Positions 7,391 to 17,582 of a DNA stretch of 39,263 nt are shown here, one piece after another. The first letter of the stretch is position 1, and every line of letters starts with the position of its first letter. Position numbers and translations under genes: made by a program. The DNA is from Escherichia phage Penshu1: the sequence record MK903281.1. One strand, written 5' to 3'. The notes beneath the pieces are model-generated. The model did not search any database. It was not told the DNA's origin and saw only the letters and a program-made list of their open reading frames with translations.

Positions 7391-7412
7391 CTAAGCTATC
7401 ACTATAGGACAA
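7391..7412 (+). promoter_or_regulatory. Phage RNAP promoter (variant CTAAGCTATCACTATAGGAC)
   Basis: One mismatch to the family consensus upstream of the core; +1 G at 7407. Confidence 0.65.
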
Positions 7413-7436
7413 CCAACAACAGCCTAAGGAGACTCT

Positions 7437-7697
7437 ATGTCTAAGAACTTAATGTTCAACCGTTATTCCAATACCTTCCACCTGTCCAACAACCAGTTCG
7501 CTTGCATTAAGCGCAACGAGAAGCTGGGCTACTTCGGGAAGGCCGTTAAGCTGTCACCTACAGTCTTCGCTCTGATTACTCCGGGCAAAGCTGAAGAGGC
7601 TCGCCAGAAGCGTGAGACCAATGTGCCTGTGGTCCACACTAAGTGGCCCCGAGTTCGTCTGTTCGTTGAATTCATGAAGGAGGTGATCAATGACTAA
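7437..7697 (+). CDS. Hypothetical protein, 86 aa (gene 1.6 position)
   Basis: ORF with AAGGAG RBS at 5-nt spacing immediately downstream of a phage promoter. Confidence 0.55.
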   Translation: MSKNLMFNRYSNTFHLSNNQFACIKRNEKLGYFGKAVKLSPTVFALITPGKAEEARQKRETNVPVVHTKWPRVRLFVEFMKEVIND

Positions 7698-8025
7698 GCA
7701 CCATGAGTTGTGCCGCTCAGTCCTTAGCTCCGGTCCGTGCGACTGCGGTGCTGTTCTTGGATTCCGCGCCGAGTGTATTGAAGATGACGCTGTACGCAAG
7801 CCATCCCACTATCAGGTCTTTGACGGTGTCGAGTCCATTGAGATTATCGCTCGGTCCATGACTGTCAGCGAGTTCCGCGGGTTCTGCATGGGTAACGTCC
7901 TGAAGTATCGACTCCGGGCTGGTAAGAAGTCCGAACTGGCTACTATGGAGAAGGACCTGAACAAAGCAGCCTTCTATCAGGAGCTGTTCGACCTGCATAA
8001 AGGTAAGTGCTATGATGCCGAGTGA
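7690..8025 (+). CDS. gp1.7-like protein (nucleotide kinase family), C-terminal-domain-only, 111 aa
   Basis: PSHYQVFDGVESIEIIARSMTVSEFRGFCMGNVLKYRLRAGKKSELA matches the C-terminal half of T7 gp1.7 (196 aa). Confidence 0.75.
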   Translation: MTKHHELCRSVLSSGPCDCGAVLGFRAECIEDDAVRKPSHYQVFDGVESIEIIARSMTVSEFRGFCMGNVLKYRLRAGKKSELATMEKDLNKAAFYQELFDLHKGKCYDAE

Positions 8026-8107
8026 TTGGTGCCGGGAGATGTACGAGAAGACTCTCAACCCGGACTACATTACATTATACAACCAATGGAAGGAGCGCGG
8101 TTTATGA
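8012..8107 (+). CDS. gp1.8-like small protein, 31 aa
   Basis: [31 protein letters not shown] resembles the T7 gp1.8 C-terminus (WCRKMWEETFDDAYIKLYELWKSRGQ); overlaps both neighbouring genes. Confidence 0.55.
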   Translation: MMPSDWCREMYEKTLNPDYITLYNQWKERGL

Positions 8108-8262
8108 CTGAGGTTGAGAAGAAATACATCGTGGAGCTTGAGGGGCGCGTTCAGTCCTTCGAGGTTCCGGTGTACGCAAAGTCTCTTGAAGAGGCTACCC
8201 TGAAGTCCCAAGAGTATGAGGACGCTGGGTTTGTGGTCGGACGGATTCGTCCTGAGACCTAA
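8104..8262 (+). CDS. gp2-like inhibitor of host RNA polymerase, 52 aa
   Basis: Start moved to ATG 8104 (GGAAGGAG RBS); [35 protein letters not shown] aligns with T7 gp2 ([35 protein letters not shown]). Confidence 0.75.
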   Translation: MTEVEKKYIVELEGRVQSFEVPVYAKSLEEATLKSQEYEDAGFVVGRIRPET

Positions 8263-8280
8263 ACTATCACTGTAGGACAG
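8259..8280 (+). promoter_or_regulatory. Phage RNAP promoter, degenerate (CTAAACTATCACTGTAGGACA), phi2.5-like
   Basis: Family match except A-to-G at position -3; +1 G at 8275; directly upstream of the SSB gene. Confidence 0.55.
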
Positions 8281-8320
8281 ACGTCCAGTTCGTAACTTTT
8301 AAATTAGGAGATTTACACCG

Positions 8321-9022
8321 ATGGCTAAAGAGCAACTGAAGACTTTCACCACTCCGGTAGCTGGTATCGTTGAGCCTTACGCATGGCTGAACAAAGCAGA
8401 CACCAAGTTTAACGAGCGTGGTGAGCATAAGGTTAACCTGACGTTCGACCTGAGCGACCCGAAGGTCCGTAAGATGATTGATGTCTTACAGAAGATTCAC
8501 GACGATGCGTATGCGAAAGCACTCGCAGACCACGAGAAGAACCCACCTCAGGTTCAGCGTGGCAAGAAGCCTATCGAGCCGCGTGAAGGCGATATGCCGT
8601 GGATTGAGAATGGTGACGGTACTGTTACCATGAAGTTTAAATGCTTTGCGTCTTACCTGAAAGACGGCAAGTCCGAGCCTATCGTATTACGGTTCTACGA
8701 CACCGATGCTAAACTCATCCGTGACGTCCCGAATATTGGCGCTGGGTCTAAGCTGAAGGTCAAGTTCAAAGTCCTGCCGTTCAAGTGGAACGCTGCGACT
8801 GGTGCAAGCGTTAAGCTGCAGCTTGAGTCCTGCCTTCTGGTAGAACTGAAGGAGTGGAAAGGTGATGGTGCTGGTGGCGATGGTGGTTGGGGTGATGATG
8901 AAGACCTCGGTACTGGTTATAAAGCGCCAACTGATGGTGACTTCGGGTCTGACGACTTCGGGTCTGACGATGGTTCCGAAGGTGGTGACGACTCCGGCTC
9001 TGGTGGCGATTACGACTTCTGA
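8321..9022 (+). CDS. Single-stranded DNA-binding protein (T7 gene 2.5 homologue), 233 aa
   Basis: Collinear similarity to T7 gp2.5 including the acidic C-terminal tail ending in F (...GGDYDF). Confidence 0.9.
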   Translation: MAKEQLKTFTTPVAGIVEPYAWLNKADTKFNERGEHKVNLTFDLSDPKVRKMIDVLQKIHDDAYAKALADHEKNPPQVQRGKKPIEPREGDMPWIENGDGTVTMKFKCFASYLKDGKSEPIVLRFYDTDAKLIRDVPNIGAGSKLKVKFKVLPFKWNAATGASVKLQLESCLLVELKEWKGDGAGGDGGWGDDEDLGTGYKAPTDGDFGSDDFGSDDGSEGGDDSGSGGDYDF

Positions 9023-9462
9023 TGACACTGAAAGAGAAACTGGAGGCTTACTCTATAGTTTCTCCTTCTGGCTGCTGGGAGTGGCAACGCTCCCGGCTAC
9101 CTTCTGGCTATGGTAGAATCTCAATAGGACACCAGAAACTGGACTATGCGCATCGGGTATCTTACCGAGAGCACGTTGGTCCCATACCTGATGGACTTCT
9201 GGTTCGCCATAAATGTGACAACCCTTGCTGCTGTAACCCGGAGCATCTTGAAGTCGGGACTCAGACAGACAACATGCAGGATTGCGTGAAGCGGGGTCGT
9301 CACTCGAAACCGCCAGTATTCAAAGGAGAAGCTAATCACAAGACTAAGCTGACCGAGGAAGACGTAAAGTTCATCCTGAAGTCTGACGAAAGTCCTACCG
9401 ACCTAGCCAAGAGATTCGGCGTTACCCCGCAAGCTATAGCGTGGAGACGAAAGAATGGCTAA
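9022..9462 (+). CDS. HNH endonuclease (homing-endonuclease-like), 146 aa
   Basis: HRVSYREHVGPIPDGLLVRHKCDNPCCCNPEHLEVGTQTDN is a canonical HNH motif; paralogue of the ORF at 17579. Confidence 0.8.
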   Translation: MTLKEKLEAYSIVSPSGCWEWQRSRLPSGYGRISIGHQKLDYAHRVSYREHVGPIPDGLLVRHKCDNPCCCNPEHLEVGTQTDNMQDCVKRGRHSKPPVFKGEANHKTKLTEEDVKFILKSDESPTDLAKRFGVTPQAIAWRRKNG

Positions 9463-9907
9463 ATGGTCAGCATCACGAGGACATGCAGTCGGGGCGTATC
9501 GCTCTGGACTGGAGGCAAAGAACCAAGAGTGGCTGGAGAAGAACGGAGTTAAGGCTGACTATGAGATGTTCTACCTTAATTATGTAATCCCAGAGTCGAC
9601 TCATAAATATACGTGCGACTTTATTCTACCAAACGGTATCATGGTGGAAACAAAAGGAATTTTTGACTCAGAGGACCGTAAGAAGCACCTATTGATTAAA
9701 GAACAGCACCCAGAGTTAGACATCCGGTTCGTGTTCTCAAGTTCACGCTCCAAGTTATACAAAGGGTCTCCAACCACGTATGGCGCATGGTGCGAAAAGA
9801 ACGGCTATAAGTATGCCGATAAGTTCATCCCGGTTGAGTGGCTGCGAGAGGAGACTGTACGTCTGCCTTCAGGTATACTCATCCCCAAGAAGAAAGGAGT
9901 TAAGTGA
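9455..9907 (+). CDS. Endonuclease I, Holliday-junction resolvase (T7 gene 3 homologue), 150 aa
   Basis: FRSGLE..., PNGI(M/F)VETKG, DRKKHLLI(K/R)EQHPELDIR and FSSSR(S/T)KLYKGSPT match T7 gp3. Confidence 0.9.
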   Translation: MAKWSASRGHAVGAYRSGLEAKNQEWLEKNGVKADYEMFYLNYVIPESTHKYTCDFILPNGIMVETKGIFDSEDRKKHLLIKEQHPELDIRFVFSSSRSKLYKGSPTTYGAWCEKNGYKYADKFIPVEWLREETVRLPSGILIPKKKGVK

Positions 9908-10131
9908 TGACTCAGGAAGTTAAGGTCGTTCGTCAGCGTCTGACCATTGATAAAATCCCGGTGGGCTATGCGTTTATCATCCACGGTAAGCCGGGTGAAG
10001 TGTACGTGAAGATTAGTAACTCTCACGTCTTCAACCATAAGTTACTCCAGATGCACACCACGGATGCTAACCGCTTCCAGCGTCATCTGAACCTCGTAGC
10101 TGTAGAGCTGGTGGTGTACGATGGTGAGTAA
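9907..10131 (+). CDS. Hypothetical protein, 74 aa
   Basis: ATG at 9907 overlaps the gene 3 stop, with AAGGAG 7 nt upstream; no recognisable motif. Confidence 0.5.
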   Translation: MTQEVKVVRQRLTIDKIPVGYAFIIHGKPGEVYVKISNSHVFNHKLLQMHTTDANRFQRHLNLVAVELVVYDGE

Positions 10132-10579
10132 GGTGAAATTCAACCCACGGTCCCGGACTGACGCTATCTTCGTTCACTGTTCGGCTACCAAGCCAGAGAT
10201 GGACATAGGGGTAGAGACCATCCGTATGTGGCACAAGCAGCAAGGATGGCTGGACGTAGGCTACCACTTTATCATCAAGCGCGATGGTACTGTGGAAGAG
10301 GGACGCCCGGTCAATGTCGTAGGGTCACACGTTAAGGATTGGAACTCCAAGTCCGTAGGCGTCTGCCTTGTAGGTGGAATTGACGCCAAGGGCAAGTTTG
10401 AAGCTAACTTCACTCCGGACCAGATGAACTCCCTGCGCAACAAGCTGGCTGACCTGAAGGCCCTGTATCCTCAGGCAGAGATAAAAGCACACCATGACGT
10501 AGCACCAAAGGCGTGTCCAAGTTTCGACTTGCAACGCTGGCTGTCTACCAATGAGCTGGTCACTTCCGACCGTGGTTAA
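10121..10579 (+). CDS. N-acetylmuramoyl-L-alanine amidase / lysozyme (T7 gene 3.5 homologue), 152 aa
   Basis: TDAIFVHCSATKP, GWLDVGYHFIIKRDGTVE, AHH(D/E)VAPKACPSFDL and C-terminal NELVTSDRG are near-identical to T7 lysozyme. Confidence 0.92.
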   Translation: MVSKVKFNPRSRTDAIFVHCSATKPEMDIGVETIRMWHKQQGWLDVGYHFIIKRDGTVEEGRPVNVVGSHVKDWNSKSVGVCLVGGIDAKGKFEANFTPDQMNSLRNKLADLKALYPQAEIKAHHDVAPKACPSFDLQRWLSTNELVTSDRG

Positions 10580-10593
10580 TAAACTCTAATTGG

Positions 10594-10615
10594 GGGACCT
10601 TAGGGTCCCTTTGTT
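10594..10615 (+). promoter_or_regulatory. Short hairpin GGGACC-TTAG-GGTCCC followed by TTTGTT (possible attenuator or processing element)
   Basis: Perfect 6-bp inverted repeat with tetraloop and U-rich tail between the lysozyme and primase-helicase genes. Confidence 0.3.
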
Positions 10616-10637
10616 CGCATTTGTGATTAAGGAGTGA

Positions 10638-12369
<1,732 letters not shown>

Positions 12370-12519
12370 AGCACGCTACCATCGGTTCATGTACAAATGG
12401 TGGAGCGATGAAGCAACCTGCCTGTCAAACATTCTGGGAGACCAGCGGTTCTACTCTAAGGCATGGAAGAAAGCTAACCGGAAGTTTATGTATCACTTCT
12501 TGCGTACAGACTTCTAGGT

Positions 12520-12562
12520 CTAGACTCAAGGTCATTCACATCGAGTGGCCTTTATGATTAGA
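12520..12562 (+). promoter_or_regulatory. RNase III-like processing hairpin, family 2
   Basis: AAGGTCAT (12528-12535) pairs with GTGGCCTT (12545-12552); same conserved motif as at 5770 and 36233. Confidence 0.55.
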
Positions 12563-12580
12563 CTAAACGGAGGATTAACC

Positions 12581-14752
12581 ATGTTTGACCTTAAGAGTAT
12601 CTGGGGTTCTGACATCGAGACCAACGGTCTCCTTGATACAGTCTCCCAGTTTCACTGTGGGGTCCTGATTAACGCCGAGTCGAATGAGACCCTTAAGTAT
12701 GGGGTAGCTCCGATGGTCGGTATCGTCGGTGGCTTCAAAGAGTATGTTCATAAAGTGGAAGAGATTGCCGCATCGCCTGATGGTATGCTGGTATTCCACA
12801 ACGGTATCAACTATGACGTCCCGGCTATTGACAAGCTGAAGCGTCTGTACTTTGGGAAACGCTTTAACTTCCCGAAACACAAGATGATTGATACCTTGGT
12901 GCTGGGACGCTTGATGTATCCAAACATTAAGTTCTCAGACATGGGCGCGGTGAAAGCCGGTCGCCTGCCACCTAAGATGATGGGACGCCAGTCTCTTGAG
13001 GCTTGGGGTTATCGTCTCGGTGAGATGAAGGGTGAGTACAAACACGATTACGTTGCCAAGTGCAAGGCTGAAGGTATCGAATATAAGGCTGGGGACGAAT
13101 GGTTGTTCCCGTCTCAGGAGATGCTGGACTATAACGTTCAAGACGTTGTGGTCACACTGGCGTTGTTCAAGAAGTTCCTGACTGACAAGTATTACTTCCA
13201 GTCTGAACAGTTCGCTTTCGACCAGATTTATGCGTTGCGTCTGGAACATGATGCTGCGTGGACCTGTGCTAAGATGGAACGTAACGGCTATCCGATGAAC
13301 ACCGAGATGGTCGAAGGCTTATATCGTGAACTCACCGTAAAACGTGCAGAGTTTCTGGACAAGCTGCGTTCGACTTTCGGTAGCTGGTACGCACCAAAGG
13401 GAGGCAAGGAGTTCTTCAAGCACCCACGGACAGGCAAGGACCTTCCGAAGTATCCGCGAGTCGTGTATCCTAAGGTCGGGTCAGTATTCAAGAAGCCGAA
13501 GAACAAAGCTCAACGCTTAGGTCTGGAGCCTTGCGAGTTCGACTCACGAGACACGATGGAGGGAGCACCGTTCACACCTATCACTTACGTTGAGTTTAAT
13601 CCGGGAAGCGGGGACCACTTAGCGAAAGTCTTGATGGAGCGTGGCTGGGAGCCTGTAGACTTCACTGACACCGGGAAACCTGTAGTCGATGACGAGACGT
13701 TAGAACACGTTAAGTTACCAGACGAAGAGGCTCAGGATTGCGTAGAGCTGGTCCGTGAGTATCTGGTGGTCCAGAAGCGTATCGGTCAGGCTGCTGAAGG
13801 CAAGAACGCATGGTTGAAACTTGTGGGTCCTGATGGAAGGATGCACGGGTCGATTAACCCATGTGGTGCAGTAACCGGACGTGCGACCCATAGTTCACCA
13901 AACATGGCTCAGGTCCCGGCTAACGGTGCTCCGTATGGTGAGATTTGCCGTGGTGCTTTCGGTGCAGCGTGGAACAAGAAGGACGGTGAGCCAGACCCTT
14001 GGATTCAAGTTGGTGTGGATGCTTCAGGTCTTGAGCTTCGTTGTCTGGGGAACCGAGCGTCTCCGTTCGATGGTGGTGAATATGCGAAGACTGTGGTCGA
14101 AGGTGACATCCACTGGGCAAACGCAGTCAACGCAGGGTTAGCGCCTAACGTCCCACGCGATAAGTACAGCCACGACCACGATGCCTTCCGCAACAACGCT
14201 AAGACGTTCATCTATGCGTTCCTGTATGGTGCAGGGGCCGCGAAGATTGGACTGATAGTCGGTGGGGGTAAGAAGGAAGGCGCGGCCCTGATGAAGAAAT
14301 TTATTGAGGGTACACCAGCTATCAAGGACCTCAGGGAAGCTGTGAGTAATACGTTAATCTCAGACTCTAAGTGGGTGGACGGAGAGAACATCGTCAAGTG
14401 GAAGCGCCGTTGGCTACGTGGACTTGATGGTCGCCGTATCCACATCCGGTCTCCACACTCAGCACTTAACGCCTTACTTCAGGGTGACGGTGCGGTGGTC
14501 TGTAAGCACTGGATGGTACTGACTGAGAAGAAACTTGAAGAGGCTGGTTATGGTAACGGATGGGACGGTGACTTTGCGCTAATGGCTTGGATTCACGATG
14601 AATTGCAGATAGCGTGTCGTACTCAGGAGATAGCAGAAGATGTCGTCCGTATTGCTCAAGAGGCTATGCGTGAGGTCGGACGCTTCTATAACTTCAAGTG
14701 TGAACTTGATACGGAGGGTAAGATTGGACCAACGTGGAAAGAATGCCATTGA
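12581..14752 (+). CDS. DNA polymerase (T7 gene 5 homologue), 723 aa
   Basis: Start moved to ATG 12581 (GGAGGA RBS); the 5' extension to 12545 lies inside the hairpin. GSDIETNGL (exo motif), FHNGINYDVPA, TGRATHS and YMAWIHDE match T7 DNAP. Confidence 0.95.
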   Translation: MFDLKSIWGSDIETNGLLDTVSQFHCGVLINAESNETLKYGVAPMVGIVGGFKEYVHKVEEIAASPDGMLVFHNGINYDVPAIDKLKRLYFGKRFNFPKHKMIDTLVLGRLMYPNIKFSDMGAVKAGRLPPKMMGRQSLEAWGYRLGEMKGEYKHDYVAKCKAEGIEYKAGDEWLFPSQEMLDYNVQDVVVTLALFKKFLTDKYYFQSEQFAFDQIYALRLEHDAAWTCAKMERNGYPMNTEMVEGLYRELTVKRAEFLDKLRSTFGSWYAPKGGKEFFKHPRTGKDLPKYPRVVYPKVGSVFKKPKNKAQRLGLEPCEFDSRDTMEGAPFTPITYVEFNPGSGDHLAKVLMERGWEPVDFTDTGKPVVDDETLEHVKLPDEEAQDCVELVREYLVVQKRIGQAAEGKNAWLKLVGPDGRMHGSINPCGAVTGRATHSSPNMAQVPANGAPYGEICRGAFGAAWNKKDGEPDPWIQVGVDASGLELRCLGNRASPFDGGEYAKTVVEGDIHWANAVNAGLAPNVPRDKYSHDHDAFRNNAKTFIYAFLYGAGAAKIGLIVGGGKKEGAALMKKFIEGTPAIKDLREAVSNTLISDSKWVDGENIVKWKRRWLRGLDGRRIHIRSPHSALNALLQGDGAVVCKHWMVLTEKKLEEAGYGNGWDGDFALMAWIHDELQIACRTQEIAEDVVRIAQEAMREVGRFYNFKCELDTEGKIGPTWKECH

Positions 14753-14856
14753 CGGAAAGTCCAGCACTTCACTGAAGAGGTTGGAGTCAAGACCTCTATG
14801 TGTATAAACTTAACGTCTGACAAGAAGTACGGACAATTTAAACAGGAGTAACACTA

Positions 14857-15141
14857 ATGGCTATTACTAAACGTATTCGTGTGAGTCTTGACCTGAAGAT
14901 GGTTGTTAGTTTAAAGGAAGAAGAGACCATGTGTCGCCAACTGGCTGAGATGACTAAAGCCTACGCTGAGGGTAAGAAGCTGGATGGACTTCAGTTGGCT
15001 CTGGTCAAAGCAGCAATCGAGTCAGGCCCTGAGTCTGCCCTTGAGATTGCCGCCAAGAAGACCATCAAGGAGGAGCTGGTAGACGCCTTTGGTGATGGCC
15101 ATTTCGGAGTATCCAACCTGCGATTCGAGGTCAAGCAATGA
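14857..15141 (+). CDS. gp5.5-like protein, 94 aa
   Basis: MAITKRIRVSLDL resembles the T7 gp5.5 N-terminus (MAMTKKFKVSFDV); position conserved. Confidence 0.6.
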   Translation: MAITKRIRVSLDLKMVVSLKEEETMCRQLAEMTKAYAEGKKLDGLQLALVKAAIESGPESALEIAAKKTIKEELVDAFGDGHFGVSNLRFEVKQ

Positions 15142-15347
15142 GTGAATACTTACGGGTCCTAGCGGCCCTTAAGTCCTGCCCGAAGACCTTCCAGTCCAAC
15201 TATGTGCGCAACAATGCAGCACTAGTGGCTGAGGCTGCGAGTCGTGGACATCTGAGCTGCCTGTCTATGGACGGGCGTAACAACGGTGCGTGGGAGATTA
15301 CCGCTGCTGGCACCAAGTTCCTGAACCAACATGGAGGCTGTCTATGA
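15138..15347 (+). CDS. gp5.7-like protein, 69 aa
   Basis: 69 aa, same length and position as T7 gp5.7; starts MSEYLRVLAALKSCPKTF; coupled to neighbours by ATGA overlaps. Confidence 0.6.
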   Translation: MSEYLRVLAALKSCPKTFQSNYVRNNAALVAEAASRGHLSCLSMDGRNNGAWEITAAGTKFLNQHGGCL

Positions 15348-16210
15348 GTGAGAAGAAGATTGCTCTGGTGCTGGACGGTGACTACCTAGCGTTCTCGTCT
15401 ATGGCTGCGGCTGAGGAAGAGACCGATTGGGGCGACTCAATCTGGACGCTAATCTGCGACCACGAGAAGGCTCGTCGTATCCTTGATAACACCATCGCTG
15501 AAATCATTAAGAAGCGAAAGGCGTGGAAAGACGCTAAGATTGTGATGTGCTTCACTGATGATTATAACTGGCGTAAGGACGTCCTGCCTACCTATAAGGC
15601 CAACCGTAAAGGTTCTCGCAAGCCTGTAGGATACAAGAAGTTCGTAGCCGAAGTGATGTCTGACCCACGGTTCAACAGCTTCCTACGTCCTACGCTTGAG
15701 GGTGATGACTGTATGGGTATCATCGGGACACGACCTCAGATTGTAGATTGTGACCATGCGGTTCTGGTATCCTGCGATAAGGACTTCAAGACCATCCCGA
15801 ACTGTGAGTTCTTCTGGTTAACCACTGGTGAAATCCTAAGTCATACAACTGCTGAGGCAGACTACTGGCACATGGAGCAAACCATCAAGGGTGACACTAC
15901 AGATGGCTACGGTGGCATTCCGGGGATGGGTGAGGATACCACTCGCGCGTTCCTTGACGAGCCGTACTACTTCGTGCAGGAGAGCCGTGAGCTTAAGACT
16001 GGTAAGAACAAAGGCCAGATTAAGACTGAGTGGAAGAAGTATCCAAAGCGTGACGACATGACGCTGTGGGACTGCATGGTGACTCTGGCTGCTAAAGCTG
16101 GGATGACCGAGGAGGAACTTCTGGTCCAAGCTCAGGTCGCTCGTATTTGTCGAGCCTCCGACTACGACCCTAAGTCCAAGGAGGTCATCCTATGGACACC
16201 ATCCATGTAA
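15344..16210 (+). CDS. 5'-3' exonuclease (T7 gene 6 homologue), 288 aa
   Basis: Start moved to ATG 15344 (GGAGG RBS); VSCDKDFKTIPNC, TIKGD(T/I)TDGY(G/S)GI and AKAGMTEE match T7 gp6. Confidence 0.9.
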   Translation: MSEKKIALVLDGDYLAFSSMAAAEEETDWGDSIWTLICDHEKARRILDNTIAEIIKKRKAWKDAKIVMCFTDDYNWRKDVLPTYKANRKGSRKPVGYKKFVAEVMSDPRFNSFLRPTLEGDDCMGIIGTRPQIVDCDHAVLVSCDKDFKTIPNCEFFWLTTGEILSHTTAEADYWHMEQTIKGDTTDGYGGIPGMGEDTTRAFLDEPYYFVQESRELKTGKNKGQIKTEWKKYPKRDDMTLWDCMVTLAAKAGMTEEELLVQAQVARICRASDYDPKSKEVILWTPSM

Positions 16211-16284
16211 TTTACTGGGCCGGACTTCTGGCCCTTTACTGCATGTACAAGTGGTTCGGGCCGAACAACCGTCCTAAACACTGA
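16192..16284 (+). CDS. Small hydrophobic protein, 30 aa (gene 6.3 position)
   Basis: ATG at 16192 with strong RBS AAGGAGG at 7-nt spacing, overlapping the gene 6 3' end; MDTIHVIYWAGLLALYCMYKWFGPNNRPKH. Confidence 0.45.
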   Translation: MDTIHVIYWAGLLALYCMYKWFGPNNRPKH

Positions 16285-16337
16285 GTCTAACCGATAGTCA
16301 TATCCTATCAATCCAACAGTCATCCATAGGTGAAACA

Positions 16338-16359
16338 CTAAACTATCACTATAGGGACT
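16338..16359 (+). promoter_or_regulatory. Phage RNAP promoter (phi6.5-like)
   Basis: CTAAACTATCACTATAGGGACT, +1 G at 16354. Confidence 0.75.
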
Positions 16360-16420
16360 TTAGGACCTAAGATATGACTATAAGATAGACTTTAGTCTTA
16401 ACTTAAAGAGGAGATTCAAG

Positions 16421-16693
16421 ATGGCGCTTAATGCTATTGAAAACGTTGTTAAGCAGTTACAGGAAGAAAGACTTGATGTCCCGAACATCTCCCAGTCTGC
16501 CATCCAGTTCCTGCACGTATTGTTCAACGCAAGCTACGCTGAGAAGATGGGAGCTATTAGTCTCCTCAAGCAGCAGGGCTACAGCGATGCGTTCATTGCC
16601 GGATTCATCAAGGGTCTCCAGTATTGCTCTGACACTCTCGACTCTGCGATTGCTATGCGTCGTGAGCTGAAAGATACCGTTCAGTTCGATTAA
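16421..16693 (+). CDS. Hypothetical protein, 90 aa (gene 6.5 position)
   Basis: ORF with GAGGAG RBS downstream of a phage promoter. Confidence 0.55.
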   Translation: MALNAIENVVKQLQEERLDVPNISQSAIQFLHVLFNASYAEKMGAISLLKQQGYSDAFIAGFIKGLQYCSDTLDSAIAMRRELKDTVQFD

Positions 16694-16707
16694 CTGTAGG
16701 AGGGACT

Positions 16708-16932
16708 ATGTGTTTCAGTCCAAAGATTAGCACTCCGAAGCCTTCGGTCCAAGCACCTGAACCAGCACCTCTGAGTGAGGAAGTTGCGTCAGTTGACATC
16801 GGGGCTGAATCGGATGTGGACACCAACGAGACCAAAGGTATCAAAGACCTGAAGGTCAAGAAGGAGTCTGCACCTAAAGATAAATCGTCAGTAAGTCGCG
16901 CTATGCGTAACTCTGGCGTCAACATGGGGTAA
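16708..16932 (+). CDS. gp6.7-like virion protein, 74 aa
   Basis: MCFSPKISTPK...PEPAPLSEEV resembles T7 gp6.7 (MCFSPKIKTPK...VEPAPLTQEV). Confidence 0.7.
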   Translation: MCFSPKISTPKPSVQAPEPAPLSEEVASVDIGAESDVDTNETKGIKDLKVKKESAPKDKSSVSRAMRNSGVNMG

Positions 16933-16936
16933 GACA

Positions 16937-17341
16937 ATGCTACCATATCTCAACTCACGCGAAGGTCGCCACATGTGCGCTTGTCGCCTCTGGGAAGACG
17001 GGCAGTCTAACTTCAAGTCATTCGAGGACTTCAAGGCTCATACTTACCGTATGGCTGACGAGTTCGACGGTGAAGAGTACACAATCTACGATGTCTCAGG
17101 TCAACCAGTAGCGTATCTCTACATGCTGGCTACCGCATCTTGGCACCGACCAACTCCCGGTCTTGACCTTTCAATCGTCGCTATTCGTCGTGACTCGCAG
17201 TCCTCCCGCAAGGTTCTTGAGACTGTCAGGCACATCATAAACGAAGAGTGCAAGCGGTGGGGCCTTGGCTGGTACTCTCGTGTTAAGCATGTTTCTGGGT
17301 CTGTAGACATCGTAACAACTAAGGAGATTAACCGTGGGTAA
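16937..17341 (+). CDS. gp7-like protein, 134 aa (alternative start ATG 16973)
   Basis: Position and size match T7 gene 7 (133 aa); the first ATG has a weak RBS and the second ATG has GAAGG upstream. Confidence 0.6.
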   Translation: MLPYLNSREGRHMCACRLWEDGQSNFKSFEDFKAHTYRMADEFDGEEYTIYDVSGQPVAYLYMLATASWHRPTPGLDLSIVAIRRDSQSSRKVLETVRHIINEECKRWGLGWYSRVKHVSGSVDIVTTKEINRG

Positions 17342-17582
17342 ATCAATCAGTAAGGCCTTCAAGAAAGTGGTGAAAAGTACGTTAGGGACCGTTGGTCTCG
17401 GTAATGACGAGGCACCAAATGTCGTTGAGGCTCAGACACCAGCAGCACCAGTGGAAGTACCGAACGACAAAGTGGAAGATGTGGATACTGAAGTGACTGC
17501 ATCTGACGATAAGAAAGTGAAGCGAACTGGTAAGCGTGGACTTAGCGTCTCTCGTACTTCCGGTGGTGGTATCTCTATATGA
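17334..17582 (+). CDS. gp7.3-like tail/virion protein, 82 aa (GTG start)
   Basis: Begins MGKSISKAFKK and ends LSVSRTSGGGISI, like T7 gp7.3 (MGKKVKKAVKK...SLSVARSSGGGINI); AAGGAG RBS before GTG 17334. Confidence 0.7.
   Translation: MGKSISKAFKKVVKSTLGTVGLGNDEAPNVVEAQTPAAPVEVPNDKVEDVDTEVTASDDKKVKRTGKRGLSVSRTSGGGISI

Noticed and set aside
10594-10615. GGGACC-TTAG-GGTCCC hairpin as a strong intrinsic terminator
   Set aside because: The stem is only 6 bp and the T-tract is interrupted; kept as a low-confidence regulatory hairpin only.
12389-12517. 42-aa ORF (MYKWWSDEATC...) between the primase-helicase and DNAP genes
   Set aside because: No recognisable ribosome-binding site and no motif; could be a degenerate gene 4.3/4.5 remnant but not supportable from sequence alone.
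12545-12580. N-terminal extensions of track ORFs across regulatory elements (DNAP from 12545; also ligase from 6213, exonuclease from 15290, scaffold from 19604, gene 11 from 22011, Rz-like from 36317)
   Set aside because: The upstream ATG/GTG/TTG codons lie inside hairpins or lack an SD, while the internal ATGs have canonical SD spacing and reproduce the T7 protein N-termini.
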